In this document: positions 37,790-50,300 of the stretch, piece by piece
Layout of the letters: each line of letters begins with the position of its first letter
Position numbering within the stretch: position 1 is the first letter of the stretch
Origin: Malacoraja senta
Lineage: Eukaryota
DNA: 64,000 bases
Assembly: GCA_038087875.1 (NCBI GenBank)
Contig: CM075987.1
Location: forward strand, 25,298,001-25,362,000
Reading direction: 5' to 3'
Notes under the pieces: generated by a model
Database searches by the model: none
What the model saw: only the letters and a program-made list of their open reading frames with translations
What the model was told of the DNA's origin: nothing
Position numbers and translations under genes: made by a program

Positions 37790-38940
37790 CATTTAGTATA
37801 TTGTCACGTGTACCGAGGTACAGTGAAAAGCTTTTGTTGAGTGATAACCAGTCAGCGGAAAGACAATACATGATTACAATCGAGCCATTCGCAGTGTACA
37901 GATACATGATAAGGGAATAACGTTCAGTGCAAGGTAACGCCAGTAAAGTCTGATCAAGGATAGTCCGAGGGTCACCAAAGAGGTGGATGAGCACTCAATA
38001 GTCCAGTAGTTCAGATTAGTGGTTCAGGACTGCTCTCTGGATCAGGGGCGGAAAACCCGGGGGTAGCCAGAGGGGACACGTCCCCCCCATGTTTCGAGAG
38101 GTGGGGACATCCCCCCCAAGTTTTTGTGATCCGTATTTTAAAATCTCCGCTTTCCGCGAGGCAGTGGGGGTTGGGACTGCTGATCGAGGGCGAGATGATT
38201 GGAGGAGGGAGGAGTGAGGTGTGTGGGGGGGGGGGGGGGTGGGACTGAGGATAGAGCGCGGCGATTGGAGGAGGGAGACGTGGCACAGACCTGCGCCTCA
38301 TCCGCAGGCAGGATCGATCCCGGCCGGGTCTCCGGCGCTGTCCCGAGTGCTCCCCCCCACCCCCCCCCACGGGTGGCCAGAGAGGTCGGGAGTCAGACAC
38401 GAGCTGTACCCCCAGGCCCACAGCCAGCGCAGAGAAGCAGCACTAAACCCAGCTCACTCTGCCTGTCCTGCCTGGGCTTGCGGGAAATATGGCCAGCGCG
38501 GAGAAGCAGCGCTGGTGTCCCGTCAGTCCAGTCAGGGCTGTAGTTAACCCGGTGAGACAGGCAGTGTTGAGCTGCATTTAGCGCTGGATTGAGCCTCCGA
38601 AGCCTCGCGCGCGCGTGTGTGTGAGCGGCCGCCAAAAAATGGTGTCCCCTGTCCCCTCCATGTTTTGATAGCGAGTTCCGCCCTTGCTCTGGTTATGGTT
38701 GGATGATTCCGTTGCCTGATAACAGCTGGGCGGAAGCTGTCCCTGATTCTGGAGGTGTGCGTATTCACACTTCTGTACCTTTTGCCCGATGGGAGAGGGG
38801 AGAAGAGGGAGTGGCCGGGGTGCGGCTCGTCCTTGATTATGCTGCTGGCCTGGCCGAGGCACCGCGAGGTATAAATGGAGTCAATAGAAGGGGGGGGGGG
38901 GGGGGGGGTTGGTTTTTTTGTGATGGTCTGGGCTGCAAGT
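37790..38940 (-). mobile_element. Rex1/Babar LINE 3' fragment interrupted by a hAT-like MITE
   Basis: AAQTIT..SIDSIYTSRCLGQASSIIKDEPHPGHSLFSPLPSGKRYRS on minus, plus the 3' UTR. Confidence 0.8.
38043..38686. mobile_element. hAT-like non-autonomous DNA transposon
   Basis: TIR caggggcggaa / ttccgcccttg; 8-bp TSD ctctggat (38035-38042) / ctctggtt (38687-38694); subterminal ggggaca/tgtcccc motifs. Confidence 0.8.
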
Positions 38941-40555
38941 TCTTGTGGTCTTGGATGGAGCAGTTCCCAAATCAAGCTGCAAGGCAATGCGATAAAATGC
39001 TTTGTACTGCACATCTGTAGAAGTGCGTCTATGCTCTCTATGGTGCCTCTTTTTGCACGATGTCCCGAACACTTTGTAGTCAGTCTAATACTTCTAAATT
39101 TATTCCCTGTTTTGATTCCAAAGCCCAGCAGCCAGCGAGTTCCCAAGGCTATTCACTGCTGTGATTGCTGAAAAAAAATTTGCCAAACAAACAACATTGC
39201 TAATGAGATTCCCCTGGTGCTCAAGCTGGCTTGGACACTGATTTCATTCTGTATTTAATAATTAGTACCCATGGTGATGCAATTATTACTTGGCGGTATC
39301 ATGCAGATTTCTTATTAAAATGATTTTTTTTTACTATTACGTGGAAGACTAGGAAGCACTGTGTTCCATTCTCTGGGCTCAATCAGTAAGTGGCTATCAG
39401 AGTTCATCATGAAATTCAGTTGGAGTGAATAGGGCTTCAGTACACTGTTAGGAATAAGAATGACTGATTATAACATTGCTACACTTTCTGAGACTATTAC
39501 TAGTCAACAAGCATTTCTTCCATTATCACCAAGAAAGCCCATAGAGTCATAGAGTGATACAGTGTGGAAACAGGCCCTTTGGCACAACTTGCCCACACAG
39601 ACCAAAATGTCCCATCGACACTAGTCCCACCTGCCTGCGTTTGCCCCATATCCCTCTAAACCTATCCGATCCATGTACCTGTCTAGATGCTTCTTAAATG
39701 CTGCGATTGTACGTACCTCAACTAACTCCTCCGGCAGCTCGTTCCAGACACCCACACCTCTACCACCTTAGAAGATTGAGGAGTCAACGAATACTCTTTT
39801 GAACTTCTACAGGTGTACAGTAGAGAACATATCGACTGGTTGCATCATGGCCTAGTTCGGCAAAACGGTCGCCCAGGAACGAAGAAGCTTGTAAAAAGTT
39901 GTGAACACTGCCCAGCCCATCACAGATACTGACCTCCCCACCATCGAAGGGATCTTTTATTTTTTTTCCCCCCAATATTTACATATCTGTTGTGCTGCTG
40001 CAAGTAAGAATTTAATTGTTCCGTGTGGCAATATGACAATCTGGTCTCTGAAAACCTCTGATGAAAATGTGCCTTTGCAAAAAAAAATGCAGAGAAGCAA
40101 AATATTTTGTTGACTGCATTTTAGATATTTCATTACCATTGATTGATCAATGGGTTTTTAGATGCAAGGGGAATCAGGGGATATCAGATAAGTGGCACAG
40201 AGGTAAAAGATCAGTCATAATCTTATTCAATGACAGAGCAACAACCCTTGCTTCCATTTCCTACATTCTTACCAACAAAGTGAAATATCACAGATGCAGG
40301 TGGCCCAGTGGCACATCATTAGAGTTGCTGCCTTACAGCGCCAGAGACCTGAGTTCAATCCTGGCTATGGGTGCTGTCTGCACGGAGTTTGTACGCTCTC
40401 CCCGCGACTTTTTCACTTTTTCACACAGAGAGTGAAAACACTTGTTCACACAGAGAGTTGTCAGTCTGCGGAATTCTCTGCCTCAGAGGGCGGTGGAGGC
40501 CGGTTCTCTGGATACTTTCAAGAGAGAGCTAGATAGGGCTCTCAAAGATAGCGGA

Positions 40556-40609
40556 GGGGTGGGAGATTGCAACCTTCACGTGGTTCACCCTGTTTTGACG
40601 AATGCAAAC
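40556..40609 (+). ncRNA. Minimal HDV-like ribozyme (54 nt)
   Basis: GGGGUGG-GA-GAUUGCA-ACC-UUCACGU-GGU-UCACCCU-GU-UUUGA-CGAA-UGCAAAC; putative catalytic C at 40599. Confidence 0.85.
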
Positions 40610-40689
40610 AACCTGGCGTGCACAAACGGAAGATCAAAGTTGTCTTACAACTTTAGGCTGTGCAAGCCATACGCAAGAAGAAGAAGAAG
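40556..40689 (+). mobile_element. Ribozyme-headed short retroposon (type A) with (GAA)n tail
   Basis: TSD aagatagcg(g/a)a at 40545-40555 and 40690-40700; inserted in a CR1 3' end. Confidence 0.9.
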
Positions 40690-41400
40690 AAGATAGCGAA
40701 GTCAGGGGATATGGGGAGAAGGCAGGAACGGGGTATTGATTGTGGATGATCAGCCATGATCACATTGAATGGCGGTGCTGGCTCGAAGGGCCGAATGGCC
40801 TACTCCTGCACCTATTATCTATTGACCTGCGTGGGTTTTCTCCGAGATCTTCGGTTTCCTCCCACACTCCAAAGACGTACAGGTTTGTAGGTTAATTGGC
40901 TTGGTATAAATATAAATTGTCCCTGGTGTGTGTAGGATAGTGTTAATGTGGGTGGATCGCTGGTTGGTACGGATTCGGTGGGCCGAAGGGCCTGTTTCCA
41001 CGCTGCATCTCTGAACTAAACTAAACTGAAATAAACTGAGATGCCTCCTAATTATATTAGTGTTGCTACATCATTGATGATGATCAAGTGATCAATGCAA
41101 ACAAATGTTGTCGGTCTCAAGGACGGATTGCATGGTTGAAATACTGTACAGTGTCTGTCCTAATTCACCGTTCCTAAACCATGTTGGTAAAATGTATGTG
41201 TAACCACAAATTACAGCAATCTCAGGCATTTCAGTTGAGAGATCCAGCTTCACAAGTTCATAAGTGATAGGAGCAGAATCAGGCCATTTGGCCCATCAAT
41301 TCTAATCTGCCATTCAATCATGGCTGATCTATCTCTCCCTTCTAACCTCATTCTCCTGCCTTCTCCCCATAACATTTGACACCTACTAACCAAGAATTTA

Positions 41401-42598
41401 TCCACCAATTTTCATCCTTTTCTCAAATTCACTTGGACCATCTCCGACACCTCCCTCCCCTTTCTTGATCTCACAGTCTCCATCACAGGAAATAGACTAT
41501 TGACTGACGTCTATTACAAAAGCACTGACTCCCACAACTATCTCGACTACACTTCTTCCCACCCTGCTTCCTGCAAAGACTCTATCCCCTACTCCCAATT
41601 CCTCCGTCTACGCCGCATCTGCTCCCAAGATGAGGTGTTCCATACCAGGACATCCGAGATGTCCTCATTCTTTAGGGAACGGGGGTTCTCCGCTCCCATC
41701 ATAGATGAGGCCCTCACTCGTGTCTCCTCGGTACCCCGCAGCTCCGCCCTTGCTCCCCCTCCCCCTAGTCGCAACAGAGACAGAGTCCCACTGAAACTCA
41801 CCTCCCGGCCCATCAGCCGTCGCTTACACCACACAATCCTCAGAAATTTATGCCATCTCCACCCCTTTCTGCCTTCCGCAGAGACCGTTCCCTCCGCAAC
41901 TCCCTGGTTAGCTCATCCCTTCCCACCCAAACCAATGCCGACAGTCCTTTCAGGATAGGCAGAGGTTCACTTGCACCTCCTCCAACCTCATCTACTGTAT
42001 CCGCTGTTCAAGATGTGGACTCTTATACATCGGTGAGACCAAACGCAGACTGGGCGATCCTTTCGCGGAACACCTTCGCTCAGCCCGCGTGAACCAACCT
42101 GATCTCCCAGTTGCTGGACACTTTCATTCTCCTTCCCATTCCTACACAGACCTTTCTGTCCTCGGTCTCCTCCATTGTCAGTGAGGTTAAACGCAAATTG
42201 GAGGAACAGCATCTCATATTTCGCTTGGGCAGCTTACAGCCCAGTGGTATGAATATTGAATTCTCTCATTTCAGGTAGCCCCGGCATTCCCTCTCTCTCT
42301 CTCTCTATCCCTCCCTCCCCAACATCGCACTATTCTCATTTTCACCCTACAAACAGCTAACAATGGCCTGTTTCCTTTATCATCATTACTGTTTTGCAAG
42401 TCTTTCATTCATTGTTCTTTATCTCTACTTCATCATCTATATCTCTCGTTTCCCTTATCCCTAACCAGTCTGAAGCAGAGTCTTGACCCGAAAAGTCACC
42501 CATTCCTTCTCTCTAGAGATGCTGCCTGTCCTGCTGAGTTACTCCAGCTTTTTGTGTCTATCTTCGGTTTAAACCAGCATCTGCAGTTCCTTCTTACA
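41401..42598 (+). mobile_element. Penelope-like retroelement, 5'-truncated (RT C-terminus + GIY-YIG, frameshifted) with pLTR
   Basis: NFHP..KFTW..LPFLD, YYKSTDSHNYLDYTSSHP, SNLIYCIRCSRCGLLYIGETKRRL; TSD-like caagaat(t/c)tatc. Confidence 0.9.
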
Positions 42599-44671
42599 CA
42601 AGAATCTATCTGTCTCTGCCTTAAAAATATCCATTGACTTGGCCTCCACAGCCTTCTGTGGCAATGAATTTCATAGACTCACCACCTTCTGACTAGAGCA
42701 ATTCCTCCTCATCACCTTCCTAAAGGAACATCCTTTAATTCCACTTCCAGGAAAACAATAAATACATTTACCTGAATGATTCAGTGTCACAATGATGGAT
42801 TTCTGCCATGTTATAAACCTCCATGTGATTATCCAAGGGTTTACACTTTCAGTTCAATCATTTTACGTAATGACAATTGTGAGTTCCCTTTTAATGCAGA
42901 AAACTGAAGATAATTTGGAGTGACGGAATCCAAATTGAATTGAATCTGTTCCAAAAACAGCGATCAGAATGCATTAATTCACTGGCAGGGCCCATTGCCA
43001 TAATCTAATAATGCATAATCCATGACAGAGGCGGCATGATTGCAAAGCTGCTGTTGACCAGAGGGTCGCTCAGTACTTCACTAAGACACGATTAAAAGAG
43101 CAGGCATTCAGTCAAACTGCACTTTGTTTAGTTGGAGCAAAGAGCCACAGATGCTGGTTCATACCAAAGATAGACACGGAGTGCTGGAGTAACTCTGCTG
43201 GTCAGGCAGCATCTCCTGAGATAAAGGAATGGGTGACGTTTCGGGTCGGGAACCTTCTGCACACACTTTGTTTAGTTTTAGTTAGACGTATGGCATGGAA
43301 ACATACTGTACGGAGCCTACAGTATGGAGCATCAAAACATGCCCTTTGGCCCTCCAAGTCTGCGTCGACCATCGAATGCCCTTCACACTGATTCCATGTT
43401 ATCCCATCCACTCTCCACACACTATGTATTTAATATACAAAGGCCAATTAACCTACAAACACACACGTCCTTGGGATGTGGGAGGAAACCGGAGCACCCG
43501 GAGGAAAACCATAACATCACAGGGAGAATGTACGAAAACGCTGTACAGACAGCACCCGTAGTCAGGATCGAACCCCGGCCCCTGGCGCTGTAAGGCACCA
43601 AATCTACCTCCCCACCACAGAGCCAAAGGAGACTTTGACCTTCCCCAACTTTTGTACTCCGAATTCAAACTCCACACGGACGGCACCCGAAGGTCAGGAT
43701 CAAACCATCTACCAGCTGTGCCACTTTCAAAAACAGCATATAAGTTGAGAGGAGCAAAGATGTACGGGAACGTATTTTTTTTACGGAAGTTGGTGGGTGC
43801 CTGGAACGTGCTGCCAGAGATGGTGGTGGAGGTAGGTACCATAGTGGTGCTTAGGTGGCTTTTCGATAAGCACGTGGACATGCAGGGAATGGTGGGATTC
43901 GGATCATGCAGGGAGATGGGATTAGTTCATCTTGCCATCATGGTCAGCATAGAGGTTGTGGGCCGAAGGGCCTGTTCCTCTGTTTTATTCTTCTATGTCC
44001 CATGTTTTAATCCTAAAACAAAAGTGCAACACATCACTGTCATTGATTATAATTTTATTCCAGTAGTGTTCTTGATTGCAAAGATGTTCAATCAGTTTGC
44101 AATTGATAAGCAAAACTGGAATTGTACTTCAATGATAAGGAGTTACTGTCTGGTCACATATATATTACAATACAGAAACATATCATTACAATCAATCCAC
44201 AGAAACTTCTCGGCCTACACGGTAGGCTTATTATTTAAACTCGTATTTATATAAACAATTCTGTACTCAGACTACTGTGCAATCAAAGCAATTTGTGATT
44301 TCCACAACACCGGTACAATCGCTCATGTTTACAGTGGAAACAAGCCGGCAATGGCGGCAGTGCTTACCCAGAAAGCCGTGCGCCGCAGAAAGTGCCCCAT
44401 TGGTGAGATGGGGGGAACCCAAGTTTACAAGTAGATAGACACAAAATGCTGGAGTAACTCAGCGGGACAGGTAGCATCTCTGGAGAGAAGGAATGGGTGA
44501 CATTCCGGGTCGAGACCCTTCTTCAGACTAGTCAAGGGAAAGGGAAACGAGAGATACAGATGGAGATGCAGAGAGATAAAGAACAATGAATGAAAGATAT
44601 GCAAAATGGTAATGATGATAAAGGAAACAGGCCGTTGTTAGCTGTTTGCTGGGTGAGAACAAGAAGCTGGT

Positions 44672-44725
44672 GGGGTGGGAGATTGAAACCTTCACGTGGT
44701 CCACCCTGTTTCGACTAATGCAATC
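44672..44725 (+). ncRNA. Minimal HDV-like ribozyme (54 nt)
   Basis: GGGGUGG-GA-GAUUGAA-ACC-UUCACGU-GGU-CCACCCU-GU-UUCGA-CUAA-UGCAAUC. Confidence 0.85.
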
Positions 44726-44807
44726 AACCTGGCGCGCACAAACAGAAGATCAAACAGAACAAGTTGTCCTACAACTTTAGGCTGTGCACGCCACACGCAA
44801 GAAGAAG
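44672..44807 (+). mobile_element. Ribozyme-headed short retroposon (type A) with (GAA)n tail
   Basis: TSD aagaagctggt at 44661-44671 and 44808-44818; inserted in a Penelope-like 3' region. Confidence 0.9.
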
Positions 44808-45634
44808 AAGAAGCTGGTGCGACTTGTGTGGGGGAGGGATGGAGAGAGAGGGAATGCCGGGTTACTTGAAGTTAGAGTGCCTGTGTTGTTTGCTCATGCA
44901 CACCTTCCACGGGCACATCTACTCCAGTTACTTTCACTTGCATCACTCTCCACCCAACCCTCCTCCTCATGGTGCGGCAGAGTTGCTCCCTCACAGCGCC
45001 AGAGACCCGGGTTCGATCCTGACGATGGGTGCTGTCTTCACGGAGTTTGTACGTTCTCCCTGTGACCTCATGGGTTTTCTCCAGGTTTCCTTGTTTCCTC
45101 CCACACTCCGCACAGATAAGTACCCGTAGTCAGGATCGAACCTGGGTCTCTGGCGCTGTAAGGCAGACAACTCTACCGCTGCGCCATCGTACTTACTTCA
45201 GCAACCAGAGGAAGCCAAACCTATTACCTGATCCTGTCAAAATGTTGCATTTTGCATTGCGATTTCCAGGCATAGCAAAATTAATTTTTCAAGTCTTTAT
45301 TCACACAGGCATTGCCTTATTTGTAGAGCAGATAGCTTGCCACTAAATACGTATTGCACTTGTATCAATAGTCTTCTTTCAATTCTTCATAAATGTTCTA
45401 ATTGCTATTATTAAGATTTATATTTGGTTACCGTGACTTTCCTATTCTATATGGCGGTGCTAAATCCTTAAAATCCATTCCCCTTGTCTGTTTAAACAAT
45501 CTTATCAATTAAAAATTACTAAAATATATCCTTCGGTTCGTTGAGAACATTGCAATCTCTCAGCTTCAGGAAGGCACTGATAGAAGTTCATTCGGAATGA
45601 TGCTCCTCGACTGGTGTTTATTTCAAGAAGGCCT

Positions 45635-46240
45635 GCAGACAAGAACGGGGATGTAACGCTGAGGCTCTACGAGGCACTGGTCATGCCGCATTTGTAATAT
45701 TGTGAGCAATTTTGGGCACCATTACTGAGGTTGGATGTGCTGGCTCTGGAGAGGGTCCAGAAGAGGTTTACAAGAATGATCCCAGGAATGAGTGGGTTAA
45801 CCTACGATGAGCGTTGGATGGCACTGGGCCTGTACTCGCTGGAGTTTAGAAGAATGAGGGAGGACCTCGTCGAAAGATACAGAATAGTGAAAGGCTTGGA
45901 TAGAGTGGATGTGGAGAGGATGTTTCCACTGGTGGGAGAGTCTAGGACTAGGGGTCATAGCCTCAGAATTAAAGGACCTTCTTTCAGGAAGGAGGTGAGG
46001 AGAAATTTCTTTAGTCAGAGGGTGGTGAATCTGTGGAATACTTTGCCACAGAAGGCTGTGGAGGCCAAGTCAGTGGATATTTTTTAAGGCAGAGATAGAT
46101 AGAAAGATTCTTGATCAGTTAGTACGGTTATGGGGAAAAGGCAGGAGAATGGAGTTAGGAGGGAGAGAAAGATTAGCCATGATTGAATGGAGGGGTAGAC
46201 TAGATTTTCCTAATTCTACTCCGATCCCATGACCTTACGA
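45635..46240 (+). mobile_element. CR1 LINE 3' fragment
   Basis: DVLALERVQKRFTRMIPG..FFSQRVVNLWNTLP. Confidence 0.9.
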
Positions 46241-47088
46241 CTCATAAACTGCCCCACTCTTAACTTCATTGAACATCTACAAGCTCCTGAAGGGCCATGC
46301 ATCGAAGCCTGGCTCGCCCGCCACAGAACCGTGGCGCAGCGGTAGAGTTGCTGCCTTACAGCGCCAGAGACCGAAGGTTCAATCCTGACTACAGGTGCTG
46401 TCTGTACGGAGTTTGTACGTTCTCCCCGTGACCTCATTCCCCTACTCCCTCTTATTGAGGTGTATAAAATCATGAGAGGAATAGATCGGGTAGATGCACA
46501 GAGTCTCTTGCCCAGAGCAGGTGAATCGAGGACCAGAGGACATAGGTTCAAGGGAAGGGGGAAAAGATTCAAAATAATCTGAGGGATAACATTTTCACAC
46601 AAAGGGTGGTGAGCGTATAGGACAAGCTGCCCGAGGGGGTAGTTGAGGCTGGGACTATCCCAACTTCTAACAAACAGTTAGACAGGTACATGGACAGGGC
46701 AGGTTTGGAGGGAGATGGGCCAAACGCAGGCAGGTGGGACTAGTGTAGCTGGGACATGTTGGCCGGTGTGGGCAAGTTGGGCTGAAGATCCTGTTTCCAC
46801 ACTCTATGACTCTATGACCTGCGTGGTTTTTCTCTGGGTGCTCAGTTTCCTCCCACACTCCAAAGATGTACAAGTAATTGTAAATTGTCCCCAGTGTGTG
46901 TAGGATAGTGTTAGTGTGCGGGGATGGCTGGTCAGCACTGACATTCTCTAGCTTCTTTTTAGTGCTATTGTTGGAGACATGAAGGTGCCGATGCACACCT
47001 TTAATAAACATACACCTCACGTATGAAATAAAATAATGAAATAATGGTGTTTAACTGATTGTTAACTGATTTAACTGATGTTTATGTA

Positions 47089-47390
47089 CGGCATGGTGGC
47101 GCAGCGGTAGAGCTGTTGCCTTACTGCGCCAGGGACCCGGGTTCGATCCCGACTACGGGTGCTGTCTGTACGGAGTTTATACGTTCTCCCCGTGACCTGC
47201 GTTGGTTTTCTCCGAGATCTTCGGTTTCCTCCCACAGACTCAAAGACCTACGGGTTTGTAGGTTATAATATAAATTGTCCCTAGTGTGCGTAGGGAAGTG
47301 TTAATGTGCGGGGATCGCTGGTCGGTGCGGTCTCGGTGGGCCGAAGGGCCCATGTCCGCGCTGTATCTCCAAATTAAAGTAAACTAAACT
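47089..47390 (+). mobile_element. Full-length V-SINE (HE1-like)
   Basis: A box tggcgcagcgg, B box gttcgatcc, core, (taaac)n tail. Confidence 0.9.
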
Positions 47391-50300
47391 CTTCCGAGGT
47401 ACTTCCACAAACAAAAAACACTGGTCCTCCTATTCTAGTTTCAACAACAGCCTTCCAGTTGCCATTGTTCTTGGCCTGTGGGTGGTGTACATAGTGAGCT
47501 GAAAGGGGACTGGAAACAACTGGAAAAAATAAAATGCACGGCTAACATCCTAGGCAGTGGGTTGAGAGAAATCCCAGGGCACGATTCAAAGCAGAGCAGA
47601 GATTCATTCCCGTGACCTGCTCAACATTCATCTCCTGGATCATCTGCTGGCTGTGTGGCAGAGTTGCATACAAAGTGGCTGTTGCATCTGGCGCTGTGGC
47701 ATCTAACCAGCTTGAAATACAATCCTTCAGCTGTAATGCAGTTCAGAACAACCGGCCAAGATGACAAATTTGCCTTTAAAAAAAAAAAATCTCCGCATCT
47801 CATCAAGTGCAGAGATTAAACGGGAAAATAAAATATGAATGAGGGTCCATGTGCCAATGGGAAATTATGGCTGAGGTTGTGGTGGGAAAGGGGAAGAAGG
47901 TTTCTTCAGTTTGCTAAGAGCCGTTTTAGTAGTAATTGGTCTCTACAAATTACCAGTGTGTCGGAAGTGGATGTGAAAGTGGGATAACTTTGAGCGAGTG
48001 TGGACGGGTGATCAGTGTGGGCTCGGCGGGCTGAAGGGCCTGTTTCCATGCTGTATCTTTTAAACAATCAATCAATCAAAATCTGAAGATAGACATAAAA
48101 AGTTGGAGTAACTCAGCGGGACAGGCAGCGTCTCTGGAGAGAAGGAATGGGTGACGTTCCGGGTCGAGACCATTCTTCAAACACATCTGAAGTCATCAGA
48201 GAGGCAAAGCTTTAAATAATCGCTATTCTTAAGTTTTTTTAAAAACATTTTCAAAATAAAAGCAGTGGAAGCAAAGAGATGAGGACTGTTTTTTCCTCCG
48301 GAGTCCCATTCACAGTTTATGCCTGTTCATGAGAAAAGCAGCACACATCCCTACATGGATGGACACAAAATGCTGGAGTAACTCAGCATTTACTCAGACA
48401 GGCAGCATATTCTTTACATATTATTCTGTCTGAGGTTTTAACAAATTTGGAGATGACGGTCATTTCAACAGAATGTATGACTTGCCATTAAAAAAAGCCA
48501 TGTTGAAACAATTTTACTTCAATAATTGACCTCCAAAAGGCAACTCCGAATAGGTTCTATTGCAAAAGGATTGAATTGTGAATCATGGCCTGCTCACCGA
48601 TGGTAACAATGGTGGACAGGATTTAAGACAATAATATAGACAATAGACAATAGGTGCAGGTAGTAGGCCATTCGGCCCTTCGAGCCAGCACCACCATTCA
48701 CTGTGATCATGGCTGATCATCCACAATCAGTACCCCGTTCCTGCCTTCTCCCCATATCCCTTGACTCCGCTATCTTTAAGAGCTTTATCCAACTCTCTCT
48801 TGAAAGCGGCGTTGGTCGGTGTGGACAAGTTTGGCCGAAGGGCCTGTTTCCATGCTGTGTGACTCTATGACTCAAACGGTATGCCTGTGTGACATCACCT
48901 CCATTTGCTTTCTGTGGACCAAAGGGCCTGTTTCCACGCTGTATCTCAAAGTCAATTGTGAATAAAACATTAGTTCTAGTCAGGTACATGCAGCATTAAC
49001 ATGGCTCCAACCTTCTGCTAAGTTTTCCGGTCATCTGAAGTATATCTGACCCAGTTTTAAAATTCGTAGTACTGTTGCCGTACACATATATGCACGATAA
49101 TCCGTATTACGCAGTGCCGAACATATATTGATAGCTTCACCACGAAATGTGCTGTTTTACACCAAAGATCGACGCAAAATGCTGGAGTAACTCGGCAGGA
49201 CAGGCAGCATCTCTGGATAGAAGGAATGGGTGACGTTTTGGGTCCAGACCCTTCTTCAGACTGAGAAAGGGTCTCGACCGAATAGTCACCCATTCCTTCT
49301 CTCCAGAGACGCTGCCTGTCACGCTGAGTTACTCCAGCATTTTGTGTCTATCTTTGATTGCTTCACGAAAAGGGCAAGGAGGGAAAAACCATCACATTGT
49401 TTTGTTTCACGGAGGACAATTGCTTTCAGCTAATGATATATAACAGCAGCCCACCTAACTGAGAATGAAAGGCATTGGAACGCAAACAAATTACAGAGCT
49501 TGTATGAATCGACATCATTGTTTTAAGATGATTTGCATCGCTTTCGTTTCTAGGTCGAGAGAGCTGTCAGCATAGTCCGATTAAACCCTGCTACGGAGAC
49601 AGTTGAACAGAGCAGTTAAATTACTTGTCAAATCAAGGATTTGCAACTACAATATTCCACTCACAATATTGGTGGGATGCAAAGCCTGAAGAAAGAATGA
49701 AGTTAATATTCAAACTCTAATGAGTCTGGATTTGACTGTGTTGAAGCCAAGCATCTGGTAATGAAAAACAGCATCCATGATTCAGAAGACAGTGACAGAA
49801 TGTAGTGGAGATGTCTTCTCTCATTTTAATTGGGAAGCCTGATGTCAAAGGCATAACTGGCTGGTACAATGTAATGGTCCGAGGTTATGAGCATCAACAA
49901 AACTGGACAGCCTTCCGATCCAATACCAGCTCCTTCATGTCAGAAATATAGGTGCATATCAATGAGCTACAACTGGAAGCGAGTATATTAGGCCGGCAGA
50001 AAATAGTTAGCTTTCTCCACACAACTCTCACGCAGTGGCTGTTTTTAGTAACCCACTTTGCACAAGTTCAACAGGGTTAAAAAAAAAATTTAGTTTGGTT
50101 TAGCGATACAGCGCGGAAACAGGCCCTTCGGCTCGCCGAGTCCGCGCTGACCAAGCAATCCTCGCACACCAACACTATCCTGCACACAACAGGGACAATT
50201 TTACATTTATACCAAAGCCAATTAATCTACATGCCTGTACGTCTATGGAGTGTGGGAGGAAACTGAAGATCTCAGAGAAAACCCACGCAGCCACGGGGAG

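Noticed and set aside
47089..47160. tRNA genes
   Set aside because: The A/B-box heads continue into the V-SINE core and tail; they are SINEs, not tRNAs.
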